Below are positions 52,637 to 63,424 of a DNA stretch of 64,000 nt, piece after piece. Under the pieces are notes generated by a model that saw only the letters and a program-made list of their open reading frames with translations, made no database searches and had not been told where the DNA came from. The position numbers and the translations under genes were made by a program. Position 1 is the stretch's first letter, and each line of letters opens with the position of its first letter. Source of the DNA: Actinomycetota bacterium (GTDB lineage Bacteria > Actinomycetota > Acidimicrobiia > Acidimicrobiales > SZUA-35); NCBI GenBank assembly GCA_039195375.1, contig JBCCVL010000002.1, positions 16,078 to 80,077 of the forward strand, written 5' to 3'.

Positions 52637-53167
52637 TCACGACTCTAACGGCTCGGGCCAGGCCGCTCGCAGTCGGGCCCAGGTCTCGCTGAGGGTCACC
52701 GGGAGGATGCGGGTCTCGGCCAGCGTGGTCATGAAGTTGGTGTCGGCCGACCAGCGCGGCACGACGTGCACGTGGAGGTGGTTCGGCTGCGAGCCGCCCC
52801 CGGCCCGTCCCTCGTTGAGGCCGATGTTCATCCCGTCAGGACCGAACGCATCACGGACAGCGCGGCTCGTCACCCGGACCAGGGCCCACAGGTCGTCGTA
52901 GGTGTCGTCGTCGAGTTCGAGGATGCTCGGCGAGGCCAGCTTCGGCAGGACCATCACGTGCCCCGAGGTGTACGGATACACGTTGAGCAGGGCGAACGCC
53001 GATCGACGACGGGCGAGGATGTACGTCCGCTCGTCGCCGAGCGGCGACTGCTCGAGCGACTCGAACAGGGTCTTCCCCGGCTCGGGGCCCATGAACTCGT
53101 AGGGCTCACCATCCGGGGTGACCCCGGGGCCGGCGCCGAGGCGCCAGCCCGAATAGAGACGATCCAT
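52637..53167 (-). CDS. HIT family nucleotide hydrolase/phosphorylase
   Basis: LNVYPYTSGH and HLHVHVVPRW; follows thrS. Confidence 0.93.
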   Translation of the reverse strand: MDRLYSGWRLGAGPGVTPDGEPYEFMGPEPGKTLFESLEQSPLGDERTYILARRRSAFALLNVYPYTSGHVMVLPKLASPSILELDDDTYDDLWALVRVTSRAVRDAFGPDGMNIGLNEGRAGGGSQPNHLHVHVVPRWSADTNFMTTLAETRILPVTLSETWARLRAAWPEPLES

Positions 53168-53185
53168 GCAGTCGCAGCAGCCGGT

Positions 53186-55165
53186 TCAGGCGTTGGCGCC
53201 GACGGCGGCCTCGGTCTCGAGCCGCTCGAGGAAGGTGTCGAGGGCGACCCCCCGCTCGACGTCACCACCGCGAGGGTTGACCCCGACGGTGCCGGCGGCC
53301 ACGTCGTCGTCGCCGACGACGAGCACGTAGGGCAGCTTCTGGGTCTTGGCCCGCCGGATGCGTTTGCCGAGCGGGTCGTTCGCCTCGTCGAGCTCGACCC
53401 GATAGCCGGCGGCCGCCAGCCGGTCGACGACCGATCGGGCATAGTCGGCGTGAGCCTCGGCGACGGGAAGCACCTCGACCTGGACCGGGGCGAGCCACAG
53501 CGGGAAGTTGCCGGCGAAGTGCTCGAGCAGGACACCGAAGAACCGCTCGATCGAGCCCATGAGCGCCCGGTGGAGCATCACCGGCTGCTTGCGGGAACCG
53601 TCGGCGGCCACGTACTCCAGCCCGAACCGCTCGGGCAGCTGGAAGTCGGCCTGCAGGGTCGACAGCTGCCACGAGCGCCCGATGGCGTCTCGGACGTCGA
53701 TGTCGATCTTGGGGCCGTAGAAGGCGCCGTCACCCTCGTCGACCTCGTAGTCGAGCCCCGACTCGTCGAGGGTGGTGCGGAGGGCCTCGGTGGCCAGCTC
53801 CCACAGCTCGTCCGACCCGACCGACTTCTCCTCCGGCCGGGTCGACAGCCGGGCCGAGAAGTCGTCGAACCCGAAGTCGGACAGCATCGAGACGATGAAG
53901 TCGAGCGTGCGGGCCAACTCCTCGGCCAGACCCTCCTGGGTGACGAACAGGTGGGCGTCGTCCTGGGTGAAGCCCCGGATCCGCATCAGACCGTGCAACG
54001 TGCCGGCCCGCTCGTAGCGGTACACCGTGCCGAGCTCGAAGAGCCGCATCGGCAGATCGCGGTACGACCGCTGGTTCGATCGGTACACCAGCACGTGCAT
54101 CGGGCAGTTCATCGGCTTCGGGTAGTACGTCCCGTTGTCCATCTCCATGGGCGGGTACATGCCATCCGCATAGAAGTCGAGGTGGCCGGACGTCTCGAAC
54201 AGATTGGCGTTGGCCAAGTGGGGGCTGTAGGCGAACTCGTACCCACCCTCGGCGTGACGCTTCCTCGTGTGGTCCTCCATGAGCATGCGCACCCTGGCCC
54301 CCTTCGGGTGCCAGACGGCGAGACCGGCCCCGAGTTCCGAGGGGAACGAGAGCAGGTCGAGCTCGTTCGCCAGCTTGCGGTGATCCCGCTTGGCCGCCTC
54401 TTCCAGGCGATGCAGATGAGTCCGCAGCGACTTGGCGTCGGCCCATGCCGTGCCGTAGATCCGCTGCAACATCGGGTTGCGCTCGTCGCCCCGCCAGTAG
54501 GCCCCGGCCACCTTCATCAGCTTGAAGTGACCGAGGCGGCCCGTCGACGGGACGTGGGGCCCGACGCACATGTCGACGAAGGCGTCGGAGTTGCGGTAGA
54601 AGCTGATCGTGTCGCCGTTGGCCTCGCTGGCCAGCTCGGCGTCGATGCCGGCATCGCCGTCGGCTCCGGTGACCCGGTCGATGATCGCCCGCTTGTACGG
54701 GTGATCGGCCATCAGTTTCGTCGCCTCGGCCGGCGTCAACTCGCTGCGGACGAACGGCTGGTCGGCCTCGACGATCTCCCGCATCTTGGCCTCGATCTTC
54801 TCCAGGTCGGCGTCGTTGAACGTGCCGCCGTCTGGGAGCTCGAAGTCGTAGTAGAAGCCGTCTTCGATGGGCGGTCCGATGGCAAAGGTCGACCCGGGCC
54901 ACAATTCCAGCACGGCCTGAGCGAGCACATGGGTCGTCGAGTGACGCAGGACGTGGAGCCCCCGATCAGATGACGGGGTGATGATCTCGACCTCGTCGCC
55001 GTCGTGCAGCTCGGTGTCGAGATCACGCTCGACCCCGTCGACCACACCGGCCACCGCGTCGTTGGCCAGCCGGGGTCCGATGTCAGCGGCGAGGGTCAGG
55101 AGGGTGGCGCCGTCATCGAGTTGTCTCTTGGAACCGTCTGGGAGGATTACCGAAATCGTTGCCAC
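53186..55165 (-). CDS. thrS: Threonine--tRNA ligase
   Basis: TGS domain, RHSTTH, RDHRKL, KPMNCPMH, FYGPKID, GSIERF. Confidence 0.98.
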   Translation of the reverse strand: MATISVILPDGSKRQLDDGATLLTLAADIGPRLANDAVAGVVDGVERDLDTELHDGDEVEIITPSSDRGLHVLRHSTTHVLAQAVLELWPGSTFAIGPPIEDGFYYDFELPDGGTFNDADLEKIEAKMREIVEADQPFVRSELTPAEATKLMADHPYKRAIIDRVTGADGDAGIDAELASEANGDTISFYRNSDAFVDMCVGPHVPSTGRLGHFKLMKVAGAYWRGDERNPMLQRIYGTAWADAKSLRTHLHRLEEAAKRDHRKLANELDLLSFPSELGAGLAVWHPKGARVRMLMEDHTRKRHAEGGYEFAYSPHLANANLFETSGHLDFYADGMYPPMEMDNGTYYPKPMNCPMHVLVYRSNQRSYRDLPMRLFELGTVYRYERAGTLHGLMRIRGFTQDDAHLFVTQEGLAEELARTLDFIVSMLSDFGFDDFSARLSTRPEEKSVGSDELWELATEALRTTLDESGLDYEVDEGDGAFYGPKIDIDVRDAIGRSWQLSTLQADFQLPERFGLEYVAADGSRKQPVMLHRALMGSIERFFGVLLEHFAGNFPLWLAPVQVEVLPVAEAHADYARSVVDRLAAAGYRVELDEANDPLGKRIRRAKTQKLPYVLVVGDDDVAAGTVGVNPRGGDVERGVALDTFLERLETEAAVGANA

Positions 55166-55249
55166 CGTTCCACTCTACGGGACGGGCGACCTGCCCCATG
55201 CGCCTTTCGGACGTGCCGAGCTGCGAACCGTGGCGGTTCGGCGATCGGC

Positions 55250-56053
55250 TCAGCCGGTGGCCAGGAGCTCGTCGAGCGACCGGACCGGGGTCGGCCGGAG
55301 CCGCTCGGCCGACGACACCCGTTTGATCGTCGGCTCGGGCCGGGCCACCACCGCCGGCGTCGAGGACGTGGTGGCGTAGGTCGGGTCGTACTCAAGCCCG
55401 GTGAGCTGGCCGATCTCGTACATCACCTCGTCGATCAGCTCGCGGTGGAGCGCCCGCTCGCCCACCCTGGCCGTGTAGCGCTCGACCGGGATCGGCCGGC
55501 CGAAGCGGACGGTCACCGTTCGCCTGAACCGGGGGACGATCCGGTCGACGGGCTGCACCTCACCCGTGCCGAGCAGGCCGACGGGGACGATCGGCGCCCC
55601 CGTCTCGATGGCCAGGCGGGCGGCGCCGGTGTGCCCCTTGTGGAGCTTGCCCGAGCGGCTCCTGGTGCCCTCGGGATAGATCCCGAACAGCCCGCCCCGC
55701 TGCAGGACCTGACGGGCGGCGTCGAGGGCGGCCGCGGCGTGATCGCCGCCCCGGCGATCGATCGGGATCATGCCGAGGGCCGGGAACAGGTTGCGGGTCT
55801 TCCAGTCGTCGAGGTACTCGCTCTTGCCGACGTAGATGATGTTGCGGGGCAGCACCGCCGGGAGGAAGAACGAGTCGATGGCTGCGGCGTGGTTCGGACA
55901 CAGGACCGCCGGACCGTCGGCCGGGACGTGGTCGAGGCCGTCGACCTCGAGGTCCCAGAGCCTGCGGGCCAGCGGCCCGATCACTCGGCGGACGAACGAC
56001 TGGTACCGTCCGATCCCGTCGGGGATCGCGGCGGGGGCGACATCGGCGGTCAT
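55250..56053 (-). CDS. 1-acyl-sn-glycerol-3-phosphate acyltransferase (PlsC family)
   Basis: NHAAAID, YPEGTRS, IVPVG; start moved to ATG 56053. Confidence 0.9.
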   Translation of the reverse strand: MTADVAPAAIPDGIGRYQSFVRRVIGPLARRLWDLEVDGLDHVPADGPAVLCPNHAAAIDSFFLPAVLPRNIIYVGKSEYLDDWKTRNLFPALGMIPIDRRGGDHAAAALDAARQVLQRGGLFGIYPEGTRSRSGKLHKGHTGAARLAIETGAPIVPVGLLGTGEVQPVDRIVPRFRRTVTVRFGRPIPVERYTARVGERALHRELIDEVMYEIGQLTGLEYDPTYATTSSTPAVVARPEPTIKRVSSAERLRPTPVRSLDELLATG

Positions 56054-56078
56054 CGGCGCGACCGGCTCGGACGGGCGC

Positions 56079-57245
56079 TCACGCCACACCCTCGCGGGTC
56101 GGCGGGTCCAGCGTGATCGGTCCGGCCCGCAGGTCGACGCCGAGCAGCATCGCCGCCTCGGACACCCCCTCGCCCCTGGCCGCAGCGGCGTCGATGGCGG
56201 CGACCGCAGCGGGGGTGTCGAGGTCGTGGTCGAGCGCAGCCCGGACCTCGTCGAGCGCGCCCGATCCCTCACCCCCGTCGAGCCAGGACTCCAACCGCTC
56301 GGTCGCCTCCGGCATCAGCCCATCGTGCCACTCCCAGGGGGTGCGGTAGTGATGCTTGACGATGGCGAGCCGGATGGCTCGCGTGTCCCACTCCTTGCGG
56401 AGCTCGCTGACGAACACGAGGTTGCCAAGCGACTTCGACATCTTCTCGCCGTCCATCCTGACCATGGCCTGGTGCATCCAGTGGCGGACGAACGGCTCGC
56501 CCGTTGCGGCGACCGACTGGGCCGCTTCACACTCGTGGTGGGGGAAGATCAGGTCGGAACCACCGCCGTGCAGGTCGATGGTCATCCCGTGCTCCCGGAG
56601 GGCCAGCGCCGAGCACTCGATGTGCCACCCGGGACGACCGGGCCCCCACAGCGAGTCCCAGGCGGGCTCGCCGTCGGCCGACGGTTGCCACAGCACGAAG
56701 TCGAGCGGGTCCCGCTTGTTCGGGTCGTCGGGGAAGCCGCCGTGCTCGGCGGCCAGGGCGAGCATCGTCTCGCGGTCGTAGCCGGAGATCGAACCGAAGT
56801 CGGGCCAGGAGTTCACGTCGAAGTACACGCCGCCGCCGGACTGGTAGGCGTGACCGTTGTCGAGGACCATGCCGATGAAGCCACGGATGTCAGCGATGGC
56901 GGAGGTGGCCCGCGGCTCGCTCCAGCTCGGGATCATCCCGAGGGCGACCATGTCATCGTCGAACCTGGCGGTCTCCGCCGCGGCGAGGTCGAGGTAGTGC
57001 ACGTCGATCTCGCGGGCCTTGGCCAGGATCGAGTCGTCGACGTCGGTGACGTTGCGGACGCACCGGGTTTCGTGACCGAGGTCCCGCAGCCGCCGCTGCA
57101 GCACGTCGTAGCCCATGAACACCGCGGCGTGACCGAGGTGGGTGGCGTCGTACGGCGTGATCCCGCAGGTGTACATCGTCACCACCTGGCCGGGCTCGAA
57201 GGGAACGATCTCGCCTCGGGCCGTGTCGTAGAGCTTGATCACCAC
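56079..57245 (-). CDS. mshC: MshC-type cysteine ligase (CysRS paralog of mycothiol synthesis)
   Basis: CGITPYDATHLGHA (MshC-type), GRPGWHIEC, KMSKS; 388 aa with no CysRS anticodon-binding domain. Confidence 0.8.
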   Translation of the reverse strand: MVIKLYDTARGEIVPFEPGQVVTMYTCGITPYDATHLGHAAVFMGYDVLQRRLRDLGHETRCVRNVTDVDDSILAKAREIDVHYLDLAAAETARFDDDMVALGMIPSWSEPRATSAIADIRGFIGMVLDNGHAYQSGGGVYFDVNSWPDFGSISGYDRETMLALAAEHGGFPDDPNKRDPLDFVLWQPSADGEPAWDSLWGPGRPGWHIECSALALREHGMTIDLHGGGSDLIFPHHECEAAQSVAATGEPFVRHWMHQAMVRMDGEKMSKSLGNLVFVSELRKEWDTRAIRLAIVKHHYRTPWEWHDGLMPEATERLESWLDGGEGSGALDEVRAALDHDLDTPAAVAAIDAAAARGEGVSEAAMLLGVDLRAGPITLDPPTREGVA

Positions 57246-57366
57246 TCGGAGTATCGCCCCGAGGGGCCCCTACGGCAAATGTCGACCGATCCGGTCTGGA
57301 ACCCTTCCCGAGGCGGTCGGGACGAACCGTGGTAACCCCGGTCGGCCCGCTACGGTCGAACCCCGT

Positions 57367-58134
57367 ATGGCGCTGCTCGATGGCAAGAAGCTCCTGATCA
57401 CCGGTGTCCTCACCGACGACTCACTCGCCTTCGGCGTGGCCAAGCTGGCCCAGGCCGAGGGGGCCGAGGTGGTGCTGACGGGGTTCGGGCGCGCACTGCG
57501 GCTGACCGAGCGGACGGCCCGCAGGCTCGACCCGGTGCCCGACGTCCACGAGCTCGACGTCACCGACCCGGCCCACGGTCAGGCCCTCCAGGACATCCTG
57601 CGGGAGCGCTGGGGTCGGGTCGACGGCGCGCTGCACTCGGTCGGCTTCGCCCCCGAGTCCTGCCTCGGTGACGACTTCTGGGCCCCGGACTGGGACGACG
57701 TCTCGGTTGCGGTGCACGTCTCGGCCTACTCGCTTCGCACGGTCGCCGACATCGTCACCCCGTTGATGACCGACGGAGGATCGCTGGTCGGGCTCACGTT
57801 CGACGCAACGGTGGCCTGGCCGGCGTACAACTGGATGGGGGTGGCCAAGGCGGCGATGGAATCGCTCAACCGCTACCTGGCCCGTGAGCTCGGACCGAAG
57901 GGCATCCGCTCGAACCTCGTGGCGGCCGGGCCGATGCGCACGATCGCCGCCAAGTCGATCCCGGGGTTCAGCGCCTTCGAGGACGAGTGGGTCAAGCGGG
58001 CGCCGCTCGGCTGGGACGTCAACGACGCCGAGGGCGTGTCGAAGGCCTGTGTCGCCCTGCTCTCGGACTGGTTCCCCCAGACGACGGGCTCGATCGTGCA
58101 CGTCGACGGCGGCTATCACTCGATCGGCGCCTGA
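57367..58134 (+). CDS. fabI: Enoyl-ACP reductase (FabI/InhA-like)
   Basis: LLDGKKLLITG, HSVGFAP, YNWMGVAK, VDGG. Confidence 0.93.
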   Translation: MALLDGKKLLITGVLTDDSLAFGVAKLAQAEGAEVVLTGFGRALRLTERTARRLDPVPDVHELDVTDPAHGQALQDILRERWGRVDGALHSVGFAPESCLGDDFWAPDWDDVSVAVHVSAYSLRTVADIVTPLMTDGGSLVGLTFDATVAWPAYNWMGVAKAAMESLNRYLARELGPKGIRSNLVAAGPMRTIAAKSIPGFSAFEDEWVKRAPLGWDVNDAEGVSKACVALLSDWFPQTTGSIVHVDGGYHSIGA

Positions 58135-58694
58135 GCCAGGGCGATCCGGTAGCGGAGGCCTCGGCCACCGCCGTGTTCCTGGCCCTGCTCGAACTCCTCG
58201 ATCATGACGCCGCCGTTGACCTCGATCACCCGCTGCGACCCAACGTTGTCCGGTGTGGTGGTCAGCTCGACGTAGGGCAAGTCGAGGAATGCCAGCTCCT
58301 CGAGCAGCAGACCGAGGGCGCGGCTGGCGTAGCCCCGACGCCGCTTCCACGGTACGACCGTGTACCCGACGTGACCGAGGACGTGGGGCGGCAGCTCGAC
58401 GGTGCCCGGCTGCCACCGGGCGTTGATCGAGCCGCAGAACTCGCCGTCCCACAGCCATCGGCGGAGCCCGGGGATCCGGGGCCGGGTGGTGCCGTCCGGC
58501 AACACGACTGGCGGCAGCTGCGTTCCCTCCCGATCGTCGAGCGCAGCGAGGAATGCGGTCGGGTCGGCCTCGACCCGGGCCAGCTCCTCGTCGGCCGCCT
58601 CCGGACGCATGGTGTTGGGCGACCAGCGCCGCCGCAACGCCGCGACGTAGCCGGGCAGGTGGGTCTCGTCCGGCACGACCAACTCGAGGGCCAT
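58116..58694 (-). CDS. GNAT family N-acetyltransferase
   Basis: GHVGYTV.PWKRRRGYA and N.GSQRVIE.NGG; 3' end overlaps fabI convergently. Confidence 0.9.
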   Translation of the reverse strand: MALELVVPDETHLPGYVAALRRRWSPNTMRPEAADEELARVEADPTAFLAALDDREGTQLPPVVLPDGTTRPRIPGLRRWLWDGEFCGSINARWQPGTVELPPHVLGHVGYTVVPWKRRRGYASRALGLLLEELAFLDLPYVELTTTPDNVGSQRVIEVNGGVMIEEFEQGQEHGGGRGLRYRIALAQAPIE

Positions 58695-58771
58695 GCGATC
58701 AACGTAGGTCGCCGACCGGGGCGCCGCGACGGAATTCTGGCCCGGCCGGCACCGTCGGCCCGGCGCCGCCG

Positions 58772-59881
58772 CTACAGGGCGCCGTCGCAGACGGCTGCGG
58801 TGTCGCCGTACGGGTTGATCGGGTTGCCCCGACCGCCGGGGTGGATCTCGAAGTGGAGGTGGGGGATGCCGGCTGCGTTGCCGTCGTCGCCGACGTAGCC
58901 GATCACCTGGCCGGCCCTGACCTCACCCTCGACATCGCCGTAGGCCGACATGTGGGTGCCGTAGTAGTAGTTGCCGAACTCGTCGGTCAGGTGGAACGAG
59001 CGGCCACCGACGCTGTTCGAGCGGTAGCTGACCACGCCGTTGGCCGGAGAGACGATCGGGGTGCCGATGGCGGCCAGCACGTCGACGCCCTTGTGCCGGC
59101 GGCCGCCGGAGCGGGGGAAACCCCACGAGTCGATGAACTCGTGGGCGCCCCGGACCGGGCACGTCCGGAGATAGAAGCCCTGTTTGGTCCCCAGCTGCTG
59201 GGACCAGATCGACTCGGTGGTCCACTCGCCGTGTGTCCGGCGGTGCAGCTCCCGCTCCTCGTAGTCGGCCAGCCACGACTGCTCCAGCTCGAGGCGGGCC
59301 CGCAGGGCCTCGACCTCGGCGGTCAACTGCTCGTTCTCGACCACCTCGGCCGCGAGGTTGTATTCGGCGACCTGGAGATCCCTGGTCGACTGGCGATACC
59401 GATCGAAGGTGGTGGTGTCGGCCACCAGGGCCGCATCGCCGAGTGCGTTGGCCCGCAGGCCGGCGTTGAGGTCGTCGATCTCGAGGATGCCCTGGTCGAC
59501 GTCGACCCGTCGGTAGTTGGTGATCGCGTTCTCCACCGTCGAGCGGGCGATGTCGCGGGTCTCCTCCCGGAGCTCGTCGACCGCAGCCCTCGCCCCGGCG
59601 AGGTGCCGGTCGTCGGCCTCCTTCTCGAGGATCGTCACCCGCAGGGTGGCTCGGGTGTCGTCGTGCCGCTCCCAGGTCTCGGCCAGGCTGAGCCCCGTCG
59701 GCGGCTCGAGGTCGACGTCGACCTCGGGGCCGGTGACCGAGCGGCTGCCGACGCCGACGGCGGCGAGCGGTGACGTCGTTCCCTGCGTGCTCAGCTGCGC
59801 AGACGACCCGGTTGGAACCAGCCCGAACAGCGAGATGGCGACGACGATCGCACCGGCGATCCAGAGGGGGGGACGACGCAC
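58772..59881 (-). CDS. Secreted coiled-coil M23 family metallopeptidase
   Basis: Signal peptide, coiled coil, HKGVD, YYGTHM, HLHFE. Confidence 0.92.
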   Translation of the reverse strand: MRRPPLWIAGAIVVAISLFGLVPTGSSAQLSTQGTTSPLAAVGVGSRSVTGPEVDVDLEPPTGLSLAETWERHDDTRATLRVTILEKEADDRHLAGARAAVDELREETRDIARSTVENAITNYRRVDVDQGILEIDDLNAGLRANALGDAALVADTTTFDRYRQSTRDLQVAEYNLAAEVVENEQLTAEVEALRARLELEQSWLADYEERELHRRTHGEWTTESIWSQQLGTKQGFYLRTCPVRGAHEFIDSWGFPRSGGRRHKGVDVLAAIGTPIVSPANGVVSYRSNSVGGRSFHLTDEFGNYYYGTHMSAYGDVEGEVRAGQVIGYVGDDGNAAGIPHLHFEIHPGGRGNPINPYGDTAAVCDGAL

Positions 59882-59990
59882 GGGACACCACGGTACATCG
59901 ACCTCGACCCGGTGGGGTCAACGTGCACCGACAATGTCCGTACATGCAAACCTTTGGGGACGAAGGGCGAACGCGCCGACCCGACGGTGC

Positions 59991-61148
59991 TCACCCGGCG
60001 TCGACCGTCGGCGGATCGGCGACCGCCGAGCCCGGGTCCGCCAGGCGGGCCGACGCGGTCGGGTCGGCGTGGCCGGGCAGGTGGCCGGGCAGGTGGATCG
60101 GGCGGCGCTGCACGAGGGCCCGAACCACCTGCTCCTGCGAGACGACACCGACCGGGTCCTCCCCCGCGTTGACCAGGGCCAGTGGCCGGCGGAGCCGCCG
60201 GAGCTGGACGAGCACGTCGACCAGCGACCAGTCGGCATCGACGACGGCCATGTTGCGGACCAGCCCGGAGGGGACCGGCGTCCAGCGATGTTCCGGGTTC
60301 AGCTCCAACAGGTCGCGGACGTGCAGGTAGCCGATCGGTGCCGACCGCCTCGGGTCGATCACGAGCACCCGGCCGCCCGCTCCCGATGCCACCGCCCGTT
60401 CGAGCTGACCGACCGTCGCTCCGAGGTTGACCGACGGTTGGTCGGCGAGTGCGGTGGCGATGTCGCCGACCGGCCGTTGGGCGAAGTCGAGCACGCCCTG
60501 CAGGATCTCGGCGTCGTCGGCCTTGATCGCACCGCCGGCCGACGAGTGGGCGACGATCGCCGCCAACTCGGTCGCCGTCCTGACCGAGCTGAGCTCGTCG
60601 CGGGGCTGGATCCCGACGAGGCGACAGCAGACGTTGGCGATCCCGTTCAGGAGCCGCACGACCGGGCTGAACAGGAACAGGTAGAGCCGGTAGGGCACGA
60701 CGAGCCATCGAAGGGTGGCATCCGGTGCGGTCAAGGCGATGTTCTTCGGCACCATCTCGCCGAAGATGAGGTGCAGCACCGTGAACACCCCGAGGGAGAC
60801 CCCTATCCCGATGTAGCGAGCGGTGTCCGGGGCGACGGCGTCGCCGATGAGCAGCTCGATCACGACCTCGAGCGCGGGTTCGCTGATACGACCGAGGGCG
60901 AGTGACGCCATCGTGATCCCGAGCTGAGCTCCCGCGAGCTGCATCGACACGTCCGACAGGCTCGCCCTGGCCGCGGCATTGACCCGGCTGCGGCGGCCCT
61001 CGTCCTCGAAGCTGCTTCGCCGAGCCGCCAGCACGGCGAACTCGTAGGCGACATAGACGCCGTTGAGGACGATCAGTCCGATGCTGGCGGCGAGGGCGAC
61101 ACCGATGGCGAGACCGTTGACGTCACCGGACTCGGCCCCGAGGATCAC
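59991..61148 (-). CDS. CNNM (DUF21)-CBS domain protein
   Basis: NGVYVAYEFA, AQLGIT, GEMVPKNIA; divergent CBS pair. Confidence 0.9.
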   Translation of the reverse strand: MILGAESGDVNGLAIGVALAASIGLIVLNGVYVAYEFAVLAARRSSFEDEGRRSRVNAAARASLSDVSMQLAGAQLGITMASLALGRISEPALEVVIELLIGDAVAPDTARYIGIGVSLGVFTVLHLIFGEMVPKNIALTAPDATLRWLVVPYRLYLFLFSPVVRLLNGIANVCCRLVGIQPRDELSSVRTATELAAIVAHSSAGGAIKADDAEILQGVLDFAQRPVGDIATALADQPSVNLGATVGQLERAVASGAGGRVLVIDPRRSAPIGYLHVRDLLELNPEHRWTPVPSGLVRNMAVVDADWSLVDVLVQLRRLRRPLALVNAGEDPVGVVSQEQVVRALVQRRPIHLPGHLPGHADPTASARLADPGSAVADPPTVDAG

Positions 61149-62497
61149 GACCGGGCCCGCTCACCGTCATCGGACTCCCCGCCGTCGGCCGGCCCGACCG
61201 GGTCGGGCGGGTCGGGCGGTCGCACCACCTGGAGCGACGCGATGCGGAGCCGGTCCATCTCCGCCACCTCGATGACCCAGCCGTCGTGCGCCAACTCGTC
61301 GCCGGCGGTCGGGATCCGACCGAGCCGATCGAGCACGAAACCGGCCACCGTCTCGTACTCGCCGTCTGGGATGACAAGCCCGCACGCCTCCTCCACCTCG
61401 TCCGGGTGGAGGGTGCCGGCGAGCAGGAACACGCCGGGGGCGACGCCGACCGTCAGCTCGGTGGCCTCGTCGTACTCGTCGTCGACGTTGCCGACGATCT
61501 CCTCCAACACGTCCTCGAGGGTCAGGATCCCGGCGGTGCCGCCGTGCTCGTCGATGACCACCGCCATCTGCTCGTCTGCGGCCCGGAAGTCGTCGACGAT
61601 GTCGACCAGGTCGCGGGTCTCCGGCACGATCAGCGGCTCGGTCATCAGGTCGCCGGCACGTCGGCGACGGCGCTCGTCCGGCCCGACCTCGAAGGCCGCC
61701 GTCACCTCGACCACCCCGACCACGTGATCGAGGTCGGCGCCGATGACCGGGAAGCGGCTGAACCGTCGACCCCGAGCAAGGTCGAGCAGGTCGTTTGCGC
61801 TGGCCTCGGCCTCGATGGCGGCGACGTGGACCCTCGGTGTCAGCGCGTCGGCGGCCGTCTTGCCACCGAAGCGGATCGTTCGGGTCAGCAACGTCTGGGC
61901 CGCCGGGGTGAGGGCACCGGACTCACCCGAGGTCTGGATCAGGTAGTCGAGCTCCTCGAGCGACCGGACATCGGCCAGCTCCTCCTGCGGTTCCATGCCG
62001 AGCAGGCGGACGGTGGCGTTGGCCGCGCCGTTGAGGACGCGGATGAGCGGGCTGAGCGCGCCATGCACGATGCGGGCGAGCGGCGACAGCGCCTGGGAGA
62101 CGGTCTCGGGCTTGGCTACGGCGATCGTCTTGGGGATGAGCTCCCCGAACAGCATCTGGAAGACCGTGGTGGCGGCGAGGGCGACGACGATGGATCCGGT
62201 CGTACCCGACAGGAGCGGCACCGGAGACAGGACGGGTTCGAGCATCCGACCGACGATCGGTTCGGACAGGAAGCCGAGCACGAGGCTCGTGACCGTGATG
62301 CCGAGCTGGGCGCCGGAGAGGTGGAAGGACAACCGGCGGCGGGCGCCGATGGCGGCCCTGGCCGACCAGCTCCCACCATCGGCCAGGTCGTCGAGCCGCT
62401 GCCGGTCGGCGGCGACGAGCGCGAACTCGACGGCGACGAAGAAGCCGTTGGCCACCACCAGGGCGACGACGATGAGCAGACCGACGATCAGGGGCAT
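61145..62497 (-). CDS. CNNM-CBS-CorC (hemolysin family) protein
   Basis: NGFFVAVEFA, GELIPK, SRFPV, DEHGGTAGILTLED.LEEIVG, ETVAG. Confidence 0.93.
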   Translation of the reverse strand: MPLIVGLLIVVALVVANGFFVAVEFALVAADRQRLDDLADGGSWSARAAIGARRRLSFHLSGAQLGITVTSLVLGFLSEPIVGRMLEPVLSPVPLLSGTTGSIVVALAATTVFQMLFGELIPKTIAVAKPETVSQALSPLARIVHGALSPLIRVLNGAANATVRLLGMEPQEELADVRSLEELDYLIQTSGESGALTPAAQTLLTRTIRFGGKTAADALTPRVHVAAIEAEASANDLLDLARGRRFSRFPVIGADLDHVVGVVEVTAAFEVGPDERRRRRAGDLMTEPLIVPETRDLVDIVDDFRAADEQMAVVIDEHGGTAGILTLEDVLEEIVGNVDDEYDEATELTVGVAPGVFLLAGTLHPDEVEEACGLVIPDGEYETVAGFVLDRLGRIPTAGDELAHDGWVIEVAEMDRLRIASLQVVRPPDPPDPVGPADGGESDDGERARS

Positions 62498-62601
62498 GGC
62501 TGGCGAGGGAGGCCGGAGCGCCCGGCTTCCGTACTGTACTTCCCGCCTTCGGACCGTCGCCCGGCGCCGCCACCGGGCGAGGGGCTGTCTAGGCTCGCAG
62601 C

Positions 62602-63399
62602 GTGGCCGGACACTCCGCAGACCAACCGCTGATCGCGCTGACCGACGTGAGCGTGATCACCGACGGGCGCAAGATCCTCGGACCGGTCTCGTTGACGATC
62701 CGACCCGGTGACCACTGGGTGGTGCTCGGCCCGAACGGCAGTGGCAAGAGCACGCTGATGGCGGTGGCCTCGCTCGGCCGCCACCCGTCGGCCGGCCGGG
62801 TCGACGTGCTCGGACACGAGCTCGGCCGGGTCGACCTGCGGTCCCTGCGGGCCAGGATCGGGGTGTCGTCGGCGGCGCTGGCCGATCAGCTGCGAGGGCG
62901 GCTCACGGCGGGCGAGGTGGTGATGTGTGGCCGATACGCCGCCCTCGAGCCGTGGTGGCACACCTACGACCGGGCCGACGTCGAGCGGGCCGCGGCGCTG
63001 CTGGCCCAGGTCGGCCTGCCGGACCACGACGATCGCACGCTGGCCACGCTGTCGAGCGGAGAGCGTCAGCGGACCCTGCTGGCCCGCACGCTGATGGCCG
63101 AACCCGATGTGGTGCTGCTCGACGAACCGACCGCCGGGCTCGACCTCGGCGGACGGGAGGCGCTCGTCACCGCCCTCGACGCCATCGCCAGCGACGCCGG
63201 CCCGGCAACGGTGTTCGTCACCCATCACGTCGAGGACATCCCTCCGTCGACGACGCACCTGCTGGCCCTGGCCGGTGGGCGGGCGCTGGCCGCGGGCCCG
63301 GTCGACGAGGTGCTGTCGGCCGACCTGCTCGGCGAGATGTTCGGCCTCGAGATCGAGCTCGGCCGCCGGGACGGCCGCTGGTCGGCCAGGGCCCACTGA
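62602..63399 (+). CDS. Stand-alone ABC ATPase (ModF/YlmA-like)
   Basis: HWVVLGPNGSGKST, LSSGERQR, LLDEPTAGLD, VTHHVE. Confidence 0.88.
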   Translation: MAGHSADQPLIALTDVSVITDGRKILGPVSLTIRPGDHWVVLGPNGSGKSTLMAVASLGRHPSAGRVDVLGHELGRVDLRSLRARIGVSSAALADQLRGRLTAGEVVMCGRYAALEPWWHTYDRADVERAAALLAQVGLPDHDDRTLATLSSGERQRTLLARTLMAEPDVVLLDEPTAGLDLGGREALVTALDAIASDAGPATVFVTHHVEDIPPSTTHLLALAGGRALAAGPVDEVLSADLLGEMFGLEIELGRRDGRWSARAH

Positions 63400-63424
63400 C
63401 CCGGCCGGCCGGATCGAGCGCCGA

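Noticed and set aside
56079-57245. Truncated cysS pseudogene
   Set aside because: The length and CGITPYDATHLGHA motif fit an intact MshC-type paralog.
58116-58134. Convergent overlap of the fabI and GNAT 3' ends
   Set aside because: Short tail-to-tail overlaps are ordinary in high-GC genomes.
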